A stretch of 36,080 nucleotides of DNA from a virus (lineage: Duplodnaviria; Caudoviricetes). The translations under genes were made by a program, and so were the position numbers. The notes beneath the pieces were generated by a model. That model was given only the letters and a program-made list of their open reading frames with translations. It was not told the DNA's origin and searched no databases. Location: the IMG/VR virus record IMGVR_UViG_3300025381_000048, positions 1 to 36,080 of that record; one strand, 5' to 3'. Below are positions 16,265-25,738 of this stretch, in pieces; within the stretch, counting starts at the first letter, position 1; each line of letters opens with the position of its first letter.

Positions 16265-17281
16265 ATGCCTATTGGTGGTGGCATTCTTCCGGCGACGGGA
16301 TCAACGCAGTATACCGAGCTGACTTATGTCACGCGGCGTGCGTTTATTCCCAAGCTGGTTGTTCAAATCTACAACTCGACTCCGCTTCTTGCGGCGTTGA
16401 TCTCGAACAGTCAGGTTGCTTCTGGCGGTGTGTCTTCTGTTACCGTGCCGGTGCAGGGTTCGCAGTTTGTCAACGCGCAATGGTCTGACTACAGCGGTTC
16501 GTTCAGCCAGCCGAGCGTCCAGCAAGGCGCGTTCGACGCTGAATTTAACCTAAAGTTGATGATCGCTCCCGTGCCGTTCCTGGGCATGGAAGGTGCGGTT
16601 CAGCAGGATCATGCTGTTATTCCGCTCATTGAGGCTCGCATGAACGATGCGACCAACGTGATGATGGATGCGATGGCGACGGCGCTTTACAACAACACGA
16701 CCAACACGCAGCAGTTTATTGGGCTGCCAGCCGCGGTTGATGATGGCACTGGCACTGCGACTTACGGCAACATCACTCGCTCGACCACTCAGAACACTTG
16801 GTGGCGCTCGAAGGTGTATGCGGCTGGTTCGGTGAACCCGACTCGTCAGAACATCTTGCAATACATTTCCGGCACCGTGAAGAATGGCGCTGAAGTTCCG
16901 ACCTTTGCGGTTTGCGGCTTTGGCACTTGGACACTTCTGGCGCAGGACTATGTTGGTCAGGAGCAGTATGTCATTACGCCAGGTCACGGCTTTGACACTG
17001 ATGCCAATGGCCCGCAGGCTGCGTTCCGCGCTTTGATGGTTGCCGGCGTTCCGGTTTACCCGGACCCGTATTGCCCTGAAGGCACGGTTTACTTCCTGAA
17101 CACAAACTATTTGTCGCTCTATATCCATGAGCAGGGTTCGTTTGTGTTTACGGGTTTTGAGTCCACTTTGCCGAATTGGCAAATTGGTTATGTCGGTGCG
17201 GTTCTGATGATTGCGGAATTGGTTAACACCAAGCCGCGTTCTATGACCAAAGTCACCGGCTACAACAGCCTTTCGATCTAA
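16265..17281 (+). CDS. Major capsid protein
   Basis: 338 aa; canonical position; HK97-like features (ALYN...FIGLPAAV, GVPVYPDPYCPEGTVYFLNTNYL). Confidence 0.88.
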   Translation: MPIGGGILPATGSTQYTELTYVTRRAFIPKLVVQIYNSTPLLAALISNSQVASGGVSSVTVPVQGSQFVNAQWSDYSGSFSQPSVQQGAFDAEFNLKLMIAPVPFLGMEGAVQQDHAVIPLIEARMNDATNVMMDAMATALYNNTTNTQQFIGLPAAVDDGTGTATYGNITRSTTQNTWWRSKVYAAGSVNPTRQNILQYISGTVKNGAEVPTFAVCGFGTWTLLAQDYVGQEQYVITPGHGFDTDANGPQAAFRALMVAGVPVYPDPYCPEGTVYFLNTNYLSLYIHEQGSFVFTGFESTLPNWQIGYVGAVLMIAELVNTKPRSMTKVTGYNSLSI

Positions 17282-17292
17282 GGAGTTAGTCA

Positions 17293-17649
17293 ATGGCACT
17301 CGCTCTTAACAAGATCCTCGTCAACAACGTCAGCGCCAACTCGGCGGCGGCGTATTTTCAGCCGGTATCGGTGGCGAATGTTGGCGCGGGCAACTCGACT
17401 GCGATGCTTAACTCGCAGTTTGTCCCGGCTGGCATGTATCTCATGCTTCCGTCTGCTAACGTCACCATTGAGGTGAACAACTACACTGGTAGTGCGAATA
17501 GCTGGAGCACGCTCCTTGCTAACAACACTGGCGGCGTTCTGTTCTCTGACGGTTTCAACGTCCGCGCGAACGCCGTCACCGGCACTCAGACGGTCACGTT
17601 GTTGACGGTGAATGGCGGTCAGGCGGCTTCTGGAACCTTCACTTCCTAA
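17293..17649 (+). CDS. Virion structural protein (decoration-like)
   Basis: SD AAGGAG; beta-rich with many N/S/T/A residues; follows the capsid gene. Confidence 0.7.
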   Translation: MALALNKILVNNVSANSAAAYFQPVSVANVGAGNSTAMLNSQFVPAGMYLMLPSANVTIEVNNYTGSANSWSTLLANNTGGVLFSDGFNVRANAVTGTQTVTLLTVNGGQAASGTFTS

Positions 17650-17660
17650 AGGAGTGACCG

Positions 17661-18116
17661 ATGGCTAATCCTGATTCCGTAGGTCAGTTTTACCAAGACG
17701 CTTTTGGGTCTTTTCGTGTGTCTTTCTCGCCAGCGACTTCGTTGGCAAGCACTGGCAATGCGGTTGCGACCCTCCCGATTCTTTCGGGCGGCGTTGGTAG
17801 CACTGGCTCTTACATCATCCGTCGCATTACGGTGACAAACCCTGCCAACACTGCGGGCGGCACAGTTCCGTCTTTGGCTACTGCCAATGTGACCATCCTC
17901 ACCAGCAACGACGGTAACACGTCAAACGCGGTGACGACGGCTGCTGGGCAGACGCTAGGTAACGTCACTGCTGCCAATACTTGGCAAGACCTGACGCTTG
18001 CCTCCGGTGCGGCCACTACTGCCTACACTGCAAATGCTTTGTTCGTTAAGGTTGGCGTTGCTGTCGCCAATACCTCGGTGAACATTAGCGTTTGGGGCGA
18101 CGTGGTAAGTTTCTGA
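17661..18116 (+). CDS. Virion structural protein (decoration-like)
   Basis: SD AAGGAG; T/A/G-rich beta protein. Confidence 0.7.
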   Translation: MANPDSVGQFYQDAFGSFRVSFSPATSLASTGNAVATLPILSGGVGSTGSYIIRRITVTNPANTAGGTVPSLATANVTILTSNDGNTSNAVTTAAGQTLGNVTAANTWQDLTLASGAATTAYTANALFVKVGVAVANTSVNISVWGDVVSF

Positions 18117-18460
18117 TGGACAAAGTGTGGGTCACTAATACGGGTTCTGACTTCTTGCAGGGTTCTTGGGACGGGGAAATTTTCAAATTTCCGCCTCAGA
18201 CCTCTGTTGAAGTTCCTGTAGAAGTGGCCCGCGCTACTTTTGGCTATCAGATTGAAGATAAAGCGCCGTTTTTGACCCGTTTGGGCTGGGTTAAAACGTC
18301 AAATGACGTTCCGCAGGGATTGGTGCGCCTTGCTGAGATTCAAATCAGTGAGGATGCGCCTCAGAATCGTCGTTCGTTGTCCCCGGCGACGGTCAATGCT
18401 CCCCCTTCAGCCCGTCACAGGGTTGTTGGGGGAGTAAAGACGCTTCACGCCACTCGATAA
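18116..18460 (+). CDS. Hypothetical protein
   Basis: TGATG overlap; MDKVWVTN... Confidence 0.7.
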   Translation: MDKVWVTNTGSDFLQGSWDGEIFKFPPQTSVEVPVEVARATFGYQIEDKAPFLTRLGWVKTSNDVPQGLVRLAEIQISEDAPQNRRSLSPATVNAPPSARHRVVGGVKTLHATR

Positions 18461-18472
18461 TGAGGAGGGCGC

Positions 18473-19111
18473 ATGTCCACGACGCTTCAAAACTACATTA
18501 CGCAGTGCCAGAGGCTTCTGCACGACGCTAACGCCAACTTTTATTCGACCAATGAACTGACTGACTACATCAACGAAGCGAGAAATCGCTTGGTGCGCGA
18601 TACCGGCTGCCTTCGCACCATTCAGATGTTGAATACCGTCACCAGCCAAGAGATCTACACGTTTTCATCAATGCCGCAGGGTGCGCAGACGATGGATATT
18701 GTGAACATCAACCTGTATTGGGGCAACAGCCGCGTTCCTTTGCGCTATCTGGCGTGGAGTGATTTCAACGCGCAGCTTCGCTATTGGCAGAACTACATTG
18801 GACGCCCAATCGCGTTCACCATGTATGGCACTCAGACCTTTTACCTTGGTCCGGTGCCTGACCAAGTTTATGCAATGGAAATCGACACGGTTATTGAGCC
18901 AGTGCCGCTCGTAAACTTGTCGGACGTAGACCCTATTCCCGATCCTTGGACTTCTCCAGTGGCTTACTACGCTTGCCATACTGCCAAATACAAAGAGCAG
19001 TCTTACGGCGAGTCCGAGATCTTCAAGAACGAATACATCAAAAAAGTGCAGAACGTGCTTTCTGGCACATTTACGCGCAGGCTGCCTAATCCGTATAGCT
19101 CAGGGTATTAA
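18473..19111 (+). CDS. Head-tail adaptor (tail tubular protein A-like)
   Basis: ELTDYINEA, GRPIAF and YLGPVPDQVY; position before the nozzle gene. Confidence 0.75.
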   Translation: MSTTLQNYITQCQRLLHDANANFYSTNELTDYINEARNRLVRDTGCLRTIQMLNTVTSQEIYTFSSMPQGAQTMDIVNINLYWGNSRVPLRYLAWSDFNAQLRYWQNYIGRPIAFTMYGTQTFYLGPVPDQVYAMEIDTVIEPVPLVNLSDVDPIPDPWTSPVAYYACHTAKYKEQSYGESEIFKNEYIKKVQNVLSGTFTRRLPNPYSSGY

Positions 19112-19114
19112 CCT

Positions 19115-21082
19115 ATGGCGTCGGCAGAGCAGCGCAAACAGTATCTGGTCATAAAAGACTTTAGGGGTATCAATACTCACGCCAATCGCACGGCAATTCC
19201 TGAGAACGAATTTTCGTGGCTTGAGAATGCGATGCCTATTGGTTCAGGCAATCTTAAGATTGTCCCGGCTCAGATCTCAGTCACAAACAGCGGCGGCAAT
19301 GTAGTTACCTGGACCACGGCGACAACTTATTTTACGTCGTCTAATATCAATTTGTCTGACTACTTGCTTTCATTCCAGAGCAACGGCGCAGCTGAGAATT
19401 TTAATATCCAAACGGCGACTAAAGGCACTATTGCATCTGCGGGTAAGTTTAGTGGATCGGGATTGCGCTCGGCTCAATGGAAAAATGAGCGTTTGTTGAT
19501 TCTTGACCCGGCAAACGGGTTGTATAGTTGGAATGGTAATAACGTAGTCGCCATTGGCTCCGTTGGCACGATCGCAATTACCAACCCTGGAACCGGCTAT
19601 ACTAGCGCACCGTCTGTATCTATTAGCGCGCCGAATGACGCAAACGGCGTTCAAGCTACGGCCCAGGTATCGCTTACCGGCACTGCGGTATCTTCCATCA
19701 CTTTGACTAACGCCGGTTCTGGCTACACAGGGCCGGTAACAGTGACTTTGAGCGGTGGTGGTGGATCAAGCGCAACTGCGGTTGCTAGTTACATTAGCTT
19801 TGCGACCGGCACTGTTGTTGTAAACCTTCAAAGCGGTGGCACAGGTTATAGCGCCACTCCCACGGTCACTATTTCCGGTGGTGGTGGCGCAAATGCGGCT
19901 GCCAAAGCGGTTGTTGTCGCCAATGTTATCACGCAGATTGTGATGACTAACTTGGGCAACGGTTACACGTCCAACCCGTCTGTCTCTATTACCGATTCTA
20001 CGGGTTCAGGAGCCATTGCTACGGCGGTTGCCAGCACTAGCCCAAACATAGACGTGGCGACGTTCTCGGGGCGCGTGTGGGTGGCTCAAGGGCGCACGGT
20101 GTATTACTCCGCCGCAGGCTCTTACAGCGACTTTGTGACCGTTTCTGCGGGCGCTGTGACGCTGACCGATGAGACGCTGCACGGCAACATTCAGGGCCTA
20201 CTTTCGGCCAACAACTTCCTCTACATTTTTGGTGACGACAGCATCAACGTGTTTTCTGACGTTCGCGTTCAGAGCAACGGCACAACGATCTTCACCAACA
20301 CCAACGTCAGTGCGTCTGTTGGCACTAAACGCGTCTACAGTTTGTTCCCATATTTCCGCAGCGTTTTGTTTATGAATGACTACGGCGTTTATGCGTTGGT
20401 GGGTTCTACGACAACGAAGTTGTCTGACGCTTTGGATGGCATATTTCCGCTCATTGATTTTTCGCAGCCTGTAAGTGGCGGTCAGGTGCTGCTGAACGGC
20501 ATTCTTTGCGCTGCGTTTAATTTTTACTACCAAGATCCTGCGCAAGGAACGCGCCCGCTTCAAGCAGTGTTTTTTGACAAAAAATGGTTCCTGACTAGCC
20601 AAGGCACTATCAAATATATTAACGGCGTTCCGGTTGGTGGGGTGCCTTCGATCTACGGCACTGATGGTACATCACTGGTTAAGCTATACCAAAGCAGCAC
20701 AGCCTCTATATCGTCCAACGTGCAAAGCGCGCTATGGACTATGGGCGATATTATCCGAGACAAACAAGCCCTGAAATTTGGCATTGAAGCCACTTTGACC
20801 AATAGCGGCGTGTTAAACGTCACCGTTGACAGTCAAGTTAACTCAAGCCCGATTTACACGCTAACGAACCAAGTGCCTTGGTTTAATTCATCTGGCGCTT
20901 TTATACCGTGGGTCAACAACGTCTCATCCATTATCCCATGGGACTTTACCAACGGTTATTACCTCTACAAAAGCGATGCCCAACAGTGGGGCAAATATAT
21001 CGGGTTAACCATAACCTCTACTTACGGCGGGTTTGTGATAAACACGCTTGAGACAGAGCATGAATTGAGGGCGAGGTTCTAA
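19115..21082 (+). CDS. Tail nozzle (tubular protein B / P22 gp10-like) with inserted GxGY repeat domain
   Basis: DFRGIN...WLENAMP N-terminus; beta-propeller-like segments; four GxGY repeats at about 19562-20030. Confidence 0.75.
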   Translation: MASAEQRKQYLVIKDFRGINTHANRTAIPENEFSWLENAMPIGSGNLKIVPAQISVTNSGGNVVTWTTATTYFTSSNINLSDYLLSFQSNGAAENFNIQTATKGTIASAGKFSGSGLRSAQWKNERLLILDPANGLYSWNGNNVVAIGSVGTIAITNPGTGYTSAPSVSISAPNDANGVQATAQVSLTGTAVSSITLTNAGSGYTGPVTVTLSGGGGSSATAVASYISFATGTVVVNLQSGGTGYSATPTVTISGGGGANAAAKAVVVANVITQIVMTNLGNGYTSNPSVSITDSTGSGAIATAVASTSPNIDVATFSGRVWVAQGRTVYYSAAGSYSDFVTVSAGAVTLTDETLHGNIQGLLSANNFLYIFGDDSINVFSDVRVQSNGTTIFTNTNVSASVGTKRVYSLFPYFRSVLFMNDYGVYALVGSTTTKLSDALDGIFPLIDFSQPVSGGQVLLNGILCAAFNFYYQDPAQGTRPLQAVFFDKKWFLTSQGTIKYINGVPVGGVPSIYGTDGTSLVKLYQSSTASISSNVQSALWTMGDIIRDKQALKFGIEATLTNSGVLNVTVDSQVNSSPIYTLTNQVPWFNSSGAFIPWVNNVSSIIPWDFTNGYYLYKSDAQQWGKYIGLTITSTYGGFVINTLETEHELRARF

Positions 21083-22536
21083 TGACTACACTCCCGCTGA
21101 CTGTTCCATATACCTTTGGCAACACGACTACTCAGAACCAGTTGACCTACTTGGATACGGATTTTACGACTATTTTTAATGCCGTGAACGGCATCGGAAA
21201 TGGTTCAGTCACGCTTTCAACGCCCGTCATAACGGGTGCGCTGACCCTTTCCACCCCCCTGACCGCAGCCAACGGCGGCACCGGAGTCTCGAACGCATCG
21301 CTCACACCGATCACAGCCACAGGGAGCACCACGGCTAGAACGTTGGGGGATCGCTTTGGCGATGTGGAAAATGTCAAAGACTTTGGTGCCGTTGGGAACG
21401 GGGTGGCAGACAATTATGCCGCGTTTAATGCGGCCTATACTGCAGCGACGGCTGGAAGCGTTATTGATATCCCATTTGGCAAATATTATTTTTCTCTTTC
21501 AGTCAGTGGGTCAAAACAAGTTCTTTGGAGTTCAAACGGCGCAACAAATGGTGATGGGTCATTGCCCATCGCGGATTACAATCTTCCGGGAGTCACAGAG
21601 ACATTTTGGCAAGGTTCCAAGATGTTCAAAAAAAGCGTGTCAGAAGCAACTGACTACGCTGTAACTCGTTTTGACTATAATATGACGCATAGCGGAGGGT
21701 CCGCTGTTGTTAACTCAAACATTGTTGGAAACTTGACGGTTAGCGGGTCTCCTAATTCTTACGGGTGGTGCACAAACTTTACGCTTAATTCTACCGCCAC
21801 TGGGTCAGGCCAGCATGTTGCGCTGCATGGAGCCGCAAATCGCACGGCAATACCTAGCGGTGGTTCCGGCATCATGTCTCCTTTGTTTGCAGCAGGCATA
21901 GCCGCTGCTGATCAAACCAATCAACCAAGTAGCATTGCGGGATCTTTGGTTGGTCTTGAGCTTGATGTTTATGGGGGTGGTGCAGATGATTTCAATGCGG
22001 AGGGAATCCGAACCGGCCTTGATTTAATTTTTGGAAAATATAGTTCCACCAATACAACTTTTGGCGTGGGAACAATGCTGCGTATCAGGCGTAGCGCGGC
22101 GGATGGTTCAACCGACACAACCTCCACGATGAAGCGCGGAATTGAGGTTAGAGACACTTATACCGTCGCCGCAATTGATCTTTCCCTCGCAGTCCCATCT
22201 GGCACATACGCATCGGCAGGAGGTTCCCTTCTGGGCGCAATCGTCATAGAAGCCGGGCAGCGCCTTGCCTATTCCGGCGATGGCTCAGTTTGGAGCGCAT
22301 TCGACGGCACTACATGGTTCCTAGCAAATGGCTCCTCGCCGATCATCACTGCAACCGCAGGAACCGGCGCAGTTTCGGTTACTGGCGCATTCACAATTGG
22401 CGGTAATGTCGGGTTTTACGGCCACGCATCGGCAGCCAAACCAACCGTAACCGGATCACGCGGGGCCAACGCCGCACTCGCTTCACTGCTCACGGCCCTT
22501 TCTGGCCTGGGCCTTATAACGGATAGCAGTTCATGA
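21082..22536 (+). CDS. Tail fibre/spike (receptor-binding protein)
   Basis: LDTDFT anchor, LTAANGGTG hinge, NVKDFGAVGNGVADNYAAF beta-helix cap motif, and C-terminal ALASLLTALSGLGLITDSS. Confidence 0.8.
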   Translation: MTTLPLTVPYTFGNTTTQNQLTYLDTDFTTIFNAVNGIGNGSVTLSTPVITGALTLSTPLTAANGGTGVSNASLTPITATGSTTARTLGDRFGDVENVKDFGAVGNGVADNYAAFNAAYTAATAGSVIDIPFGKYYFSLSVSGSKQVLWSSNGATNGDGSLPIADYNLPGVTETFWQGSKMFKKSVSEATDYAVTRFDYNMTHSGGSAVVNSNIVGNLTVSGSPNSYGWCTNFTLNSTATGSGQHVALHGAANRTAIPSGGSGIMSPLFAAGIAAADQTNQPSSIAGSLVGLELDVYGGGADDFNAEGIRTGLDLIFGKYSSTNTTFGVGTMLRIRRSAADGSTDTTSTMKRGIEVRDTYTVAAIDLSLAVPSGTYASAGGSLLGAIVIEAGQRLAYSGDGSVWSAFDGTTWFLANGSSPIITATAGTGAVSVTGAFTIGGNVGFYGHASAAKPTVTGSRGANAALASLLTALSGLGLITDSSS

Positions 22537-22703
22537 TAAAGCCAGGAACAATGATGACTGTCACTCTTACAGCAGAGCAATGGCAGATTGTAGAACGCGC
22601 TCTAATTGAGCTTCCGTTTCGGATTGCTCAGCCAATAATTGAGTCATTGGTTAACCAATTCAATCTCCAAATTGAAAGCAAGGAGGCGGAAATCGCACAA
22701 TAA
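22533..22703 (+). CDS. Small tail-fibre-associated protein (56 aa; alternative start 22551)
   Basis: ATGA overlap; LTAEQWQIVERALIELPFRIAQPII. Confidence 0.6.
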   Translation: MIKPGTMMTVTLTAEQWQIVERALIELPFRIAQPIIESLVNQFNLQIESKEAEIAQ

Positions 22704-22735
22704 CTCGAAAATATAAAGTTTGGGCAAAAGCGCAA

Positions 22736-22966
22736 ATGGATCAAAACCTAATCAACATAATGGCAGCTTCTTTTGGGGCTGTCCTCGGGTGGCTGCTGAA
22801 GGTTGTATGGGACGCAATTCGCAGTCTGGAAAAAGACTTGAAGGACTTGGAGAAGGATCTCCATACCAAGTATGTGACCAAAAACGAGTATCGTCAGGAT
22901 ATTCTTGATGTGAAGGATATTCTAAAGCAGATATTCGACAAGCTAGACCGCAAAGCGGACAAATGA
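22736..22966 (+). CDS. Single-TM coiled-coil membrane protein (possible holin-type accessory)
   Basis: N-terminal hydrophobic helix followed by a charged coiled coil. Confidence 0.65.
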   Translation: MDQNLINIMAASFGAVLGWLLKVVWDAIRSLEKDLKDLEKDLHTKYVTKNEYRQDILDVKDILKQIFDKLDRKADK

Positions 22967-22972
22967 GAACAA

Positions 22973-23314
22973 ATGGATTTCGATCAACTCAGCGCGGTGG
23001 AGTTTGGCAATACGGATAGCTTAAAGAGCTTTCTGTTCGAGAACGGGCTTCAGCACAACCTGTTCAGGGATACGTTTTTCCTTCAGGGCATTTCCGTGCC
23101 TGTATATCCGCTCATGGATGCGGATACTGATAATCTTGATGACTGGCTACAGGCTCATCAGGTAGAACATCAATCGTTCGCGGGGCTGACTGGTCTCAGC
23201 AATCCGTTTAATATGTTGGATGTGAACTTCAACAACGAGGGTTCTTTTTACGATTGGCTCTCTGAGCATTTGCTGATTCACCAACAAATAGCGGCGGTGT
23301 TAGGGCTTTCTTAA
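22973..23314 (+). CDS. Hypothetical protein with two WLxxHxxxHQ motifs
   Basis: DWLQAHQVEHQ and DWLSEHLLIHQ. Confidence 0.75.
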   Translation: MDFDQLSAVEFGNTDSLKSFLFENGLQHNLFRDTFFLQGISVPVYPLMDADTDNLDDWLQAHQVEHQSFAGLTGLSNPFNMLDVNFNNEGSFYDWLSEHLLIHQQIAAVLGLS

Positions 23315-23820
23315 TGGCACGAGTAGCGGAAGCACAGTCTAAGATAGACGCCCCTAACAAAAGCGTAATGGGGGCTATTGCACGCCAGCGCGGCAAAACG
23401 CTGCCGTCAGAAACTGGCCCTGCCAGCATTATCAAGCAGTACATGCAAACAACGGGTGCTGACGAAAAGACCGTTAATCAGTTTATCCTCAACCTTAACC
23501 AGTTGGCTAAGTCTGGAAAAGCAAGACTGGTGCAAATTGGCAACACATTGCTTCTTGCGGTGGGCTACACGCCAGATCAAAAAATTCTGCCTAAAGGCAC
23601 GGTTGATGTGCATGTCATATCTACGGAAGATGCCAACCAGATTGCGCAGCGGTTTGTGACTGCTTTGAACACGTTCAAGAGCATGGGCATTAACCGAGTT
23701 ACTTCAACAACTGAAGATCCGCAGGCAGCTATGGCGGTTAAGCAGTTGTCCAAGAAATACCCCGTGAACATACGCCAATCGACTCAACCGGGTGGCTATG
23801 TTTTGGAGGTTGCTCTCTAA
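23314..23820 (+). CDS. Hypothetical protein
   Basis: TAATG-coupled 168-aa ORF. Confidence 0.75.
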   Translation: MARVAEAQSKIDAPNKSVMGAIARQRGKTLPSETGPASIIKQYMQTTGADEKTVNQFILNLNQLAKSGKARLVQIGNTLLLAVGYTPDQKILPKGTVDVHVISTEDANQIAQRFVTALNTFKSMGINRVTSTTEDPQAAMAVKQLSKKYPVNIRQSTQPGGYVLEVAL

Positions 23821-24677
23821 TGTCTTGGCTCAGTAGTTTAATCAAACACAACAAGACGATCGCTCCTATTGTGTTGGCGGTTGTGTCGGCTGGCATCGGA
23901 TTGGTTGCCGCTCCTTTGATTGCTCCGGCTATTGCGAGTGCGCTTGGCGGTGAGGCTGCCGCTGCTGCCGCTATAAGCGCGCCTACGGCTGCTGCTGCCG
24001 CTGATGCGGCTGGCTCGTTGTCTGCCATCACGACCGTTGCTAACGCCGCTTCAGGAGCCATTGTAGGCTCCGCAACTGGTGCTGCATCTGCTGCTGTTCA
24101 GGGCGGTGATATCGGGCAAGGTGCGCTTGGTGGCGCAATTAGCGGTGGTGTGGGCAGTGCTATTAGCCCAACCGTTCAAAACCTTGTCGGATCTACCGTA
24201 TCTCCCACTTTGGGGACTTCACTGGGATACACGACTTCAGATGCGCTTAGCAGCGGCTTGAGTAATGGCATTGTAGGCGGCGTATCTGGTGCTGCTGGTG
24301 CTGCTGCTACTGGTCAGAACATTGGCACTGCGGCTGAACTCGGTGCTTTGGGCGGTGCGGCCAGCGGAATTGGCTCTAGCTTGTATTCAGCCTTTTCAAA
24401 CGAGCCTACGTCATCTATTGGCGGTCAAATTGCTGGTGGTTTGGCAAGTAATTTGGCTCTAGGTGCTGCATTCCCAAGTGGTGGTGGCGTTTCTTCTACA
24501 GGAGCGGGGATCATTCCTTCTCCTTCAACTGCTGCTCTTGCTCAGGGTTTGAGTTTATCGCCTGATTTGTCGTATCAACCGGGCGGAACTTACTTTGGTT
24601 CGTCTGATACTGGTTCGTCTAATCGCAATGTGTGGAACGCTGCTTCTTTGCGGCAAACTGATGGGTCTGGAACTTAG
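23820..24677 (+). CDS. Gly/Ala-rich internal virion (ejection) protein
   Basis: Glycine-zipper-like hydrophobic segments; position matches podovirus ejection proteins. Confidence 0.65.
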   Translation: MSWLSSLIKHNKTIAPIVLAVVSAGIGLVAAPLIAPAIASALGGEAAAAAAISAPTAAAAADAAGSLSAITTVANAASGAIVGSATGAASAAVQGGDIGQGALGGAISGGVGSAISPTVQNLVGSTVSPTLGTSLGYTTSDALSSGLSNGIVGGVSGAAGAAATGQNIGTAAELGALGGAASGIGSSLYSAFSNEPTSSIGGQIAGGLASNLALGAAFPSGGGVSSTGAGIIPSPSTAALAQGLSLSPDLSYQPGGTYFGSSDTGSSNRNVWNAASLRQTDGSGT

Positions 24678-24679
24678 TC

Positions 24680-25738
24680 ATGGCAAGTCTCGCGAAGGCG
24701 TTAAAGACCGATGCAATGTCTGATTTGGACCTGAAAGGTCTTGCTCAGATCCTTCGTTCGCGCGGCCGCAAGGGTGATACTATCCTTGCTCACATTTCGC
24801 CCAGAGAAGCTGCGTTGTTGAAAGCACACGGTGGTTCTGGGAAGATCAACCCCGAGACTGGGTTGCTTGAATTTGCGATGGAAGGCGTGGATGAATTTTA
24901 TACGCCTCCTGCACAGCTTGAACCAGTTACTCCTCCGCCAACGGCTACACAAACCACGCCAGTAGCGGCCCCGGAATCTGTTTCCCCGCCCCAAGAATTT
25001 TCGGGTTTTGGTCAGACCGGCCAGATGCAGCCGTCTACAACCGATTATGGCACAGCTTATGGTGCCGTAAATCCGCAAGTAAATATTTCGACGACTGCGC
25101 CGACAACAGGGGCGTTTGCCCCGACGTTTGCCGGTGCAGATCAGACCGCAGCGGTGTCGCCCGATCAACAACAGAATCAGACTGTTGAAAAAGGTCCGCC
25201 GCCCAGCTGGTTGAGCAGAACGCAAACCTCGGCTTTGAATGCACTACAAGATCCTTCCAATTTGCTTAAGTTGGGGCTTGGTGCAGGCGGTCTTGGGTTG
25301 GGATTGAGCCAGCAAGCAGCCGCTCGCAGACAGGCAAACCAGACGCAAGCGCAGTATGCTGCTTTGGCCGCACCTTTCCAGCAACAAGGGCAGTCGATGA
25401 TAAGCGCTGCACAACGCGGTGAACTCACCCCGCAATCGCAACAGGCGTATCAGGCCGCCCAGGCGCAGATCAACCAACAAGTTTCCAATAAGGGTGGTGT
25501 GGGCGCACAACAGGCTGCAACTCAGCTTGGAAACATTTACAACACGCTGTTGGACAACCAAATGACGTTGGGCATGAGCACGGCTCGGGTTGGTGATGCC
25601 TATGTCGCTCAGGGCATTCAAGCCGGGTTGCAGGCCAACCAGCAGTTGCAAACTATGACCTCCAATTATTACTCGACTCTGGCTCGTATGTTGGTGCCTT
25701 CTATGGCATCGACTGCAACTCCGGCGAGGACTCAATAA
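24680..25738 (+). CDS. Internal virion (ejection/pilot) protein
   Basis: GRKGDTILAHI...GSGKINPETGLLEF N-terminal motif; Gln/Ala-rich helical C-terminal half. Confidence 0.7.
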   Translation: MASLAKALKTDAMSDLDLKGLAQILRSRGRKGDTILAHISPREAALLKAHGGSGKINPETGLLEFAMEGVDEFYTPPAQLEPVTPPPTATQTTPVAAPESVSPPQEFSGFGQTGQMQPSTTDYGTAYGAVNPQVNISTTAPTTGAFAPTFAGADQTAAVSPDQQQNQTVEKGPPPSWLSRTQTSALNALQDPSNLLKLGLGAGGLGLGLSQQAAARRQANQTQAQYAALAAPFQQQGQSMISAAQRGELTPQSQQAYQAAQAQINQQVSNKGGVGAQQAATQLGNIYNTLLDNQMTLGMSTARVGDAYVAQGIQAGLQANQQLQTMTSNYYSTLARMLVPSMASTATPARTQ

